The notes below the pieces were generated by a model. It searched no databases. It saw nothing but the letters and a program-made list of their open reading frames with translations, and was not told the DNA's origin. Of a stretch of 13,455 bases of DNA, positions 7,597 through 13,455 are shown piece by piece (the stretch's first letter is position 1; every line of letters begins with the position of its first letter). This DNA comes from Bdellovibrionia bacterium (lineage in GTDB: Bacteria > Bdellovibrionota > UBA1018). The position numbers were made by a program, and so were the translations under genes. The stretch lies in assembly GCA_045805065.1 (NCBI GenBank), contig JBJMMA010000110.1:1-13455 (forward strand), read 5' to 3'.

Positions 7597-9564
7597 ATGC
7601 GACAGCCAGCTCTGACTATACCGATATTGCTCGTCGATGATCGCCCGGAGAATCTCCTTGTCCTGGACGCGGTTCTCGACCAGCCCGAGTACAGATTAGT
7701 CAAGGCTACCTCCGGTCGAGAGGCTTTAGGACTGCTTCTCCACCAGGAGTTTGCCGTGATTCTTCTTGATGCTCAGATGCCTGAAATGGACGGCTTCGAA
7801 ACGGCCAAACTTATCCGTGAAAATCGCAAGACCCGTAATACGCCCATCATCTTTCTGACCGCCATATACTCGGACATCCAGCATATCAAGAAAGGATATG
7901 CCAGTGGGGCGGTCGACTACATGTCCAAGCCCTTTGATCCTGAGATATTACGCTCGAAAGTCGCGATCTTCATTGAACTCTTCCAAGCCAAACAAGAGCT
8001 CCGGCAGAAAAACCGCGACATCGCGGAAAAGAACCTTGAGCTTGAGCGCAGGGAACGAGCCATTCAAGAGCAGTGCGAGATGCGGGTTCGCGCTGAGTCG
8101 CAAAGGGAGAAGTACCAGACTCTGATAAATGGACTCGACCATTCCATCATCTGGGAAGCAAAGCCGAAAAACATGGAATTCAATTTTGTTAGCGAGAGAG
8201 CTGAACTACTTCTCGGTTACCCTCACAAACGATGGTTATCAGAGCCCAACTTCTTTTTCAGCCTGATACCAGAAGAAGAACGCGATTCAGTCCGCCAACA
8301 CTTCCATGAAGCGGTCCAGACCCGACTCGATCAACGCTTCGAGCATCGTACGATCGCACAAGATGGACAAACCTATTGGTTTCACACCGGGATTCAGTTC
8401 GTCCAAAAAGATCCTAATTCTCCGCCCGTCTTGCAAGGACTCACGGTCGACATCACTCCGCTTAAACTCTCTGAAGAAGATTTACGCAAGCGCGAAGCCA
8501 AGTACCGAAGAGTCATTGATGCTAACATGATCGGCCACTTTTTTGCCAATCTCAAAACAGGGCGGATCTCGGATGCTAATGATTATTTTCTGCAGGTCAT
8601 CGGATATACTCGTGACGACCTGGTAAACGGCAGAATCGACTGGTTTAAGATGACTCCACCCGAATATAACCATCTCGACTTAAACGCCATTCAAGAACTT
8701 CAGGAGACAGGCCTCTGTCAACCCTTCGAGAAAGAATACATCAGAAAAGACGGCTCACACGTTCCGGTCATGATCGGTGCAGCTCGTTTGGATACGTTCT
8801 CTGACGAGTGCGCCTGCTTCGTTCTGGATTTAAGTGAAAAGAAACAGGTGGAAAGAGAGAAAGTAAAAGCGCTGCGGGCACGCGAAGAGATGCTTGAAAT
8901 CGTTTCACATGACCTCAAGAATCCGCTCTCGGCCATTCTGATGAATGCGGTCTTGCTATTTAAGAAGCTACCGCCGGAGGAGCCTTCGTTTGCTTTACGA
9001 AAGCAGGTTGAAAACATTCAACGATCCGCTCAACGAATGAAGAGTTTGATCGAGGATTTACTGGATCTCGCCAAGGTTGAGGCTGGACGTCTTGTGGTCA
9101 ACCCTACGGCGCAACATCCAGAAGTCCTCCTCTCTGAAGCGATCGACATGATGAGGCCCTTAGCCAAGGAAAAGGGAATTCACATCGACAAAGAATACTG
9201 TCGGACAACAAATGACGTCCTGTGCGATAAAGATCGCATTCTTCAAGTCTTTTCGAATTTAATCGGAAACGCGATCAAATTTACGCCAGAACAAGGACAC
9301 ATCGCAGTCAGCGCCGAGGAAATCGAGCACGAAATCCGATTTTGCATATCGGACACGGGCGCTGGGATTTCGGAGGAACATCTTCCACATATTTTTAAAC
9401 GCTACTGGCAAGCAGAGGGAACTCAGCGGCAAAGTGCAGGCTTAGGCCTCGCCATTACTAAGGGGATTCTCGACGCACATCACGGAAAGCTATGGGTTAA
9501 AAGCGCTCTCAGCCGAGGAAGCACCTTCTGCTTTACCCTCCCAACGCAGGAGCCAGGCAAATAA
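7597..9564 (+). CDS. Hybrid sensor histidine kinase, REC-coiled coil-PAS-PAS-HisKA-HATPase (655 aa, cytoplasmic)
   Basis: REC (ILLVDDRPEN...ILLDAQMPEMDG...FLTA...KP), two PAS/PAC regions, H-box VSHDLKNPL, N-box NLIGNAIKF, G1 DTGAGI and G2 GLGLAI. Start reassigned to the ATG at 7597 after GGAAGGAG. No transmembrane segment evident. Confidence 0.94.
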   Translation: MRQPALTIPILLVDDRPENLLVLDAVLDQPEYRLVKATSGREALGLLLHQEFAVILLDAQMPEMDGFETAKLIRENRKTRNTPIIFLTAIYSDIQHIKKGYASGAVDYMSKPFDPEILRSKVAIFIELFQAKQELRQKNRDIAEKNLELERRERAIQEQCEMRVRAESQREKYQTLINGLDHSIIWEAKPKNMEFNFVSERAELLLGYPHKRWLSEPNFFFSLIPEEERDSVRQHFHEAVQTRLDQRFEHRTIAQDGQTYWFHTGIQFVQKDPNSPPVLQGLTVDITPLKLSEEDLRKREAKYRRVIDANMIGHFFANLKTGRISDANDYFLQVIGYTRDDLVNGRIDWFKMTPPEYNHLDLNAIQELQETGLCQPFEKEYIRKDGSHVPVMIGAARLDTFSDECACFVLDLSEKKQVEREKVKALRAREEMLEIVSHDLKNPLSAILMNAVLLFKKLPPEEPSFALRKQVENIQRSAQRMKSLIEDLLDLAKVEAGRLVVNPTAQHPEVLLSEAIDMMRPLAKEKGIHIDKEYCRTTNDVLCDKDRILQVFSNLIGNAIKFTPEQGHIAVSAEEIEHEIRFCISDTGAGISEEHLPHIFKRYWQAEGTQRQSAGLGLAITKGILDAHHGKLWVKSALSRGSTFCFTLPTQEPGK

Positions 9565-9579
9565 GACAATAGAGCTTTT

Positions 9580-11169
9580 TTAAGCGGCGACGTCTCCACT
9601 TGCGGCCTGCTGCAACGGAAGCTCAATGATGAAATTTGCGCCTTTACCTGATTCGCTCTCCACGCGAATGGCTCCGCCGTGAGCTTCGATGATCTTTCGA
9701 CTGATATACAGGCCGAGCCCCAGGCCGCCGATGCTATCGTCCGCGCCCCCTCGTTCGAATCTCTCAAAAATCTTTCCTTGATCCTCGGCAGAAATTCCTT
9801 TTCCTTCGTCTTTTACTGACAAGAAGGCCTTCTGGTCCCTGGAGCTCAGGCTGATAGAGATCGGCTTTCCAGGAGCGTATTTCAAAGCATTGGTCACTAA
9901 GTTAATGAAGACCTGCTCTAATCTTGCCCGATCCCAACGGCCGATGAGCTGATCGGGCAAGGACATCCTGATTTCGCAGCCGGAGCGGGTCACCTGATCT
10001 TGATAGCGATCGATGACTTCATGAATGAGCTGTGTCAGATCCACTTCCTCCATATGCATGCTCAATTGGCCCCCACTGATACGCGATACGTCGAGGAGAT
10101 CTTCAATCAGGGACGAGAGCCGATCCAGCTGCTTGTTCCACATGGATATGAATTTTCTGAGCCTATCGGTGTCAATGGCACTGCCTTTCTCAAGCATTCG
10201 CCACAACTGTTGGGCCTGAAGCTTCAAGGGGGTAATTGGCGTCCTAAGCTCATGAGACGCAATCGAGAGAAACTCGTCTCGAACCTGCACGGATTCACGA
10301 AGAGCGGCCTCTACTCGTTTAAGATGCGTAATGTCCACACAGAGTCCACGAAGTTCATAGCCCACCCCCTCGCCGCGACGAGCCAGTCTCACACCCGTGT
10401 GCAACCAAACTTCGGATCCCTCGACAGTGATGAACCGATGATCAATTCCAAGATCCCGCCCCATTTGCGCAAGCTGAAAAGCTTTCAACACGTTTTCACG
10501 GTCATCCGGATGCAGGTGCTTTTCCCAAAAACCTGACTCGCTCTTCCACTGCTCAAGCGGGTATCCCAGAATCAACTCTGCCCTGGGGCTCACATAAGTA
10601 AAAATCAGATGACCCGGATCCGATGACCAGACGAAACCATGATTAATCCCTTCGACCAGGTCTTGAAATCGCCTCTCCCCGGCACGTTTGACTTCAAGAA
10701 TCTCATACTCTTTTTCCTTCACCTCTTTTTGCCGGATCACTTCAGCCTGATGCCTGATCCATTGTGTTTTCCGGTAAAGCTCCGCAAATACCGCAACTTT
10801 TGCCTTCACGATGTGGGGCTCGAGCGGCTTTTGAATATAGTCCACCGCACCGATAGAATAGGCTTTGAAAATATGGTCGATGTCCTTGACCATCGCAGTG
10901 AGAAAGATAATGGGAATATGGCGTGATTTCTTACGTCCTTTGATCAAGGACGCGACTTCAAATCCATCTATCCCTGCCATAAACACATCCAAGAGAATGA
11001 GCGCAAAGTCATGCTTGAGAACTCGACTTAATGCCTCGTTCCCGTCGGAGGCCGTCATCAATCGATAGCTGGGATCATCAAGAATGGCCTTCAAAGCATG
11101 GATATTTTCGGGTCTATCATCCACGATCAAAATATTGATCGGAGTCTTTTGATCATCGTGACTCTCCAT
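9580..11169 (-). CDS. Hybrid sensor histidine kinase, REC-PAS-HisKA-HATPase (529 aa, cytoplasmic)
   Basis: REC (ILIVDDRPEN...ILLDVFM...FLTA...KP), PAS (FTYVSPRAELILGY...HPDDRE), H-box ASHELRTPI, N-box NLVTNALKY, G1 DEGKGI and G2 GLGLGL. Starts 6 nt after the stop of the upstream kinase. Confidence 0.95.
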   Translation of the reverse strand: MESHDDQKTPINILIVDDRPENIHALKAILDDPSYRLMTASDGNEALSRVLKHDFALILLDVFMAGIDGFEVASLIKGRKKSRHIPIIFLTAMVKDIDHIFKAYSIGAVDYIQKPLEPHIVKAKVAVFAELYRKTQWIRHQAEVIRQKEVKEKEYEILEVKRAGERRFQDLVEGINHGFVWSSDPGHLIFTYVSPRAELILGYPLEQWKSESGFWEKHLHPDDRENVLKAFQLAQMGRDLGIDHRFITVEGSEVWLHTGVRLARRGEGVGYELRGLCVDITHLKRVEAALRESVQVRDEFLSIASHELRTPITPLKLQAQQLWRMLEKGSAIDTDRLRKFISMWNKQLDRLSSLIEDLLDVSRISGGQLSMHMEEVDLTQLIHEVIDRYQDQVTRSGCEIRMSLPDQLIGRWDRARLEQVFINLVTNALKYAPGKPISISLSSRDQKAFLSVKDEGKGISAEDQGKIFERFERGGADDSIGGLGLGLYISRKIIEAHGGAIRVESESGKGANFIIELPLQQAASGDVAA

Positions 11170-11175
11170 GAATAC

Positions 11176-13455
11176 TTAGTCTTTCTCTTTTCTGTCTACC
11201 CATCTCTTGACTGTTGACAGCAGGACATCGTTGTCAGCAGGTTTAGGCACGAAGTCCGAGCAACCTGATTCGATGCACTTTTGCCGATCCTCGGGCATCG
11301 CTTTCGCGGTTAACGCCACGACCGGTAGAGATTCGAGACCGGGTGTTTTTCTGATTTGTTCGGTTGCCTCGTACCCATCCATGCCGGGCATCATGATATC
11401 CATCAGCACCAAATCGATATCGTTCTCTCGAGCAAGAAGCTCCAGTGCATCATGAGCATTCTCCGCGGTTAATACATCTGCGTCATGGCCTTCCAATAAA
11501 TTGGTAACGGCAAAGAGATTTCGAACATCATCATCGACAATCAGGATTCTCTTTCCTGAGAGATTAATACCTGATGTCTCTTTTGAGCTGATCTCCTTGG
11601 CCTCCGACTTAATCTGCGGGCGAGCGGCTTCAGGAGTGCTGGGAACATATGAAGTCCGAAGCTCAAAAGGCTGCTCTTCTGAGGGTATGTCCCGACTCAC
11701 GTCACTGAAAGCGCCGTGTCCTACGCTCTCGGGCAGAGTCTCCATTTTACTACCTTTAAAGTGAGGAGGTGTTTCAGGAAGAAAGAGGGTAAACGTGCTA
11801 CCTTCCCCCACCTTACTCATCAACCAGATTTCACCACCCAGAAGTTTTGCCAGTTCCCGGCTGATCGTCAGACCTAAGCCCGTTCCGCCGTACTTTCTTG
11901 CCGTAGTCGTGTCCGCTTGCTGAAACGCCTCCCAAATCAGTTGCTGTTTCTCTTTCGGAATCCCTATGCCGGTATCTGAAACGCTGAAGGCAAGAATCGA
12001 TTTCGAGCTTTTGAGCGTTTCGTTACTGAAGGCAAACTCTCGTTTCACCGGCAAAATGTCCAAGTAAACGTGACCACGGTCGGTAAATTTGAACGCATTT
12101 GCCAGCAGGTTTTTAATCACTTGCTGGAGCCTTAAAATGTCCGTTGTCATTGTGGCAGGAGACTCGGGACTGATTCTGATTTTGAAATCCAGCCTTTTCT
12201 GTTTCGCGACTTGATTGAAAGTTCGCTCGACATATCCCTTCACTTCAGCCAGTGGAAAAGTCTTCAGCTCCACATGCATTTTTCCGGCTTCAATCTTTGA
12301 AAGATCCAGAATCTCATTGATCAAGGCAAGTAGATCATGCCCAGAGGCATAGATCGTTCTTGCGTACTCGACAGCTTGGGGCGGCAGGTCCTTTTTGGAA
12401 TTATCGGCCAACATTTTAGCTAAGATCAAAAGACTGTTGAGTGGTGTTCTCAGCTCATGAGACATGTTGGCCAGGAAGTCCGATTTATATTTCGAAATTT
12501 GTGAGAGCTCTTTGGCCTTCTCCTCGAGAGACTGGCTGGCTGACTCTACCTCACGGTTCTTCACTTCAAGCTGCTTTGCTTTATCCTCGAGCTCCTTGCT
12601 TCGGCCCTCGAGCTGCACGTTGGATTTTTGAAGCTCATTGAGAAGCTCTTCCGTCCTCATACTTGCGCCGATCATGTTGAAAACGACGCCGATACTTTGC
12701 GTGAGTTGATCAAGAAACGTTAAGTGAACAGGACTGAACTCCTGAAATGATCCCAACTCTATAACTGCCTTGACCTGCTCTTCAAACACGACCGGAAGAA
12801 CCACAATGTTTCTAGGGGGAGCCTCTCCAAGTCCCGATCCTATATGAATATAGCTGTCTGGGATCTCCTGAACGACAATACGTTTCTTCTCAAGCCCGGC
12901 CTGGCCTACCAGGCCCTCTCCCAGGGCAAATTGGTTTCTGACACCTTTTCGTTTATCGTAAGCGTAGCTGCTAATGAGCCTTAAAACCGGCGTGTCGTCC
13001 CCGTCAGATACAAAGAACGCTCCGTGCTGAGCCGATACCACCGGAGTAAGCTCCGACATAATCAGGCGCGACAAGGACTCGATACTCCTTTGTCCCTGCA
13101 TCATGCCGGTAAATTTGGCTAGATTTGTCTTGAGCCAGTCCTGTTCTTTGTTCGTATGAGTCGTGTCGCGGAGATTCGCGATCATTTGATTGATGTTTTC
13201 TTTCAACGTCTGCACTTCGCCTTGGGCGCCAACAGTGATGGAACGGGTGAGATCCCCGCGCGTCACGGCAGTAGCGACTTCAGCGATGGCACGAACCTGG
13301 GTCGTCAGATTTCCGGCGAGTTGGTTCACATTATCAGTCAGATCTCGCCACGTGCCAGCTGCGCCAGGGACTCTCGCCTGACCACCCAACCGTCCCTCAA
13401 TTCCTACTTCACGTGCCACGGAGGTGACTTGATCGGCAAATATGCGAAGCGTATC
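11176..13455 (-). CDS. Poly-HAMP hybrid histidine kinase (HAMP repeats-GAF-coiled coil-HisKA-HATPase-REC), OsaA/Nik1-like; 5' end outside the window
   Basis: The frame stays open to the window edge (DTLRIFADQVTSVAREVG...). It has the poly-HAMP signature VAREVGIEGRLGGQARVPGAAGTWRDLTDNVNQLAGNLTTQVRAIAEVATAV, a GAF (FALGEGLVGQ...VLPVVFE), H-box NMSHELRTPL, NLLANAFKF, DTGIGI, GGTGLGL and a C-terminal REC (ILIVDD...LMDIMMP...LTAKA...KP). Confidence 0.96.
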   Translation of the reverse strand, partial: DTLRIFADQVTSVAREVGIEGRLGGQARVPGAAGTWRDLTDNVNQLAGNLTTQVRAIAEVATAVTRGDLTRSITVGAQGEVQTLKENINQMIANLRDTTHTNKEQDWLKTNLAKFTGMMQGQRSIESLSRLIMSELTPVVSAQHGAFFVSDGDDTPVLRLISSYAYDKRKGVRNQFALGEGLVGQAGLEKKRIVVQEIPDSYIHIGSGLGEAPPRNIVVLPVVFEEQVKAVIELGSFQEFSPVHLTFLDQLTQSIGVVFNMIGASMRTEELLNELQKSNVQLEGRSKELEDKAKQLEVKNREVESASQSLEEKAKELSQISKYKSDFLANMSHELRTPLNSLLILAKMLADNSKKDLPPQAVEYARTIYASGHDLLALINEILDLSKIEAGKMHVELKTFPLAEVKGYVERTFNQVAKQKRLDFKIRISPESPATMTTDILRLQQVIKNLLANAFKFTDRGHVYLDILPVKREFAFSNETLKSSKSILAFSVSDTGIGIPKEKQQLIWEAFQQADTTTARKYGGTGLGLTISRELAKLLGGEIWLMSKVGEGSTFTLFLPETPPHFKGSKMETLPESVGHGAFSDVSRDIPSEEQPFELRTSYVPSTPEAARPQIKSEAKEISSKETSGINLSGKRILIVDDDVRNLFAVTNLLEGHDADVLTAENAHDALELLARENDIDLVLMDIMMPGMDGYEATEQIRKTPGLESLPVVALTAKAMPEDRQKCIESGCSDFVPKPADNDVLLSTVKRWVDRKEKD

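Noticed and set aside
9591..9599. CGTCTCCAC, a 9-nt match to the tmRNA 3' end
   Set aside because: Lies inside the last codons of a kinase gene, with no terminator or IHF context. Compatible with chance.
10000..10536. 178-aa plus-strand ORF and the other nested or antisense ORFs within the large genes
   Set aside because: They lie entirely within well-supported CDSs and have no recognisable motifs.

Overview
Bacterial chromosomal window of about 50% GC. The tmRNA tag and gene types tentatively suggest Bdellovibrionota/Oligoflexia or a related delta-type lineage. From left to right it holds: (1) the 5' part of a secreted hypothetical protein gene on the minus strand, running off the left edge; (2) an intact tmRNA gene (ssrA, 456-815; tag (A)GEANYAMAA) with its terminator; (3) a divergent TetR / NAD(P)H-dependent (F420_oxidored-type) oxidoreductase pair; (4) a small secreted orphan protein; (5) a DusC-like tRNA-dihydrouridine synthase; (6) a LysR regulator divergent from a Zn-dependent alcohol dehydrogenase and an aldo/keto reductase; (7) three soluble hybrid histidine kinases: two convergent paralogous REC-PAS-HK genes with OsaB-like receivers and a poly-HAMP/GAF (OsaA/Nik1-like) kinase running off the right edge. 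The most notable unannotated structure is a second copy of the tmRNA 3' end at 2453-2462. It is preceded by a perfect IHF consensus and phased short repeats and followed by a sister terminator. Together these delimit an integrase-less ~1.65 kb mini-island at ssrA carrying only the TetR-oxidoreductase cassette. No clearly new multi-gene system can be proven from sequence alone.
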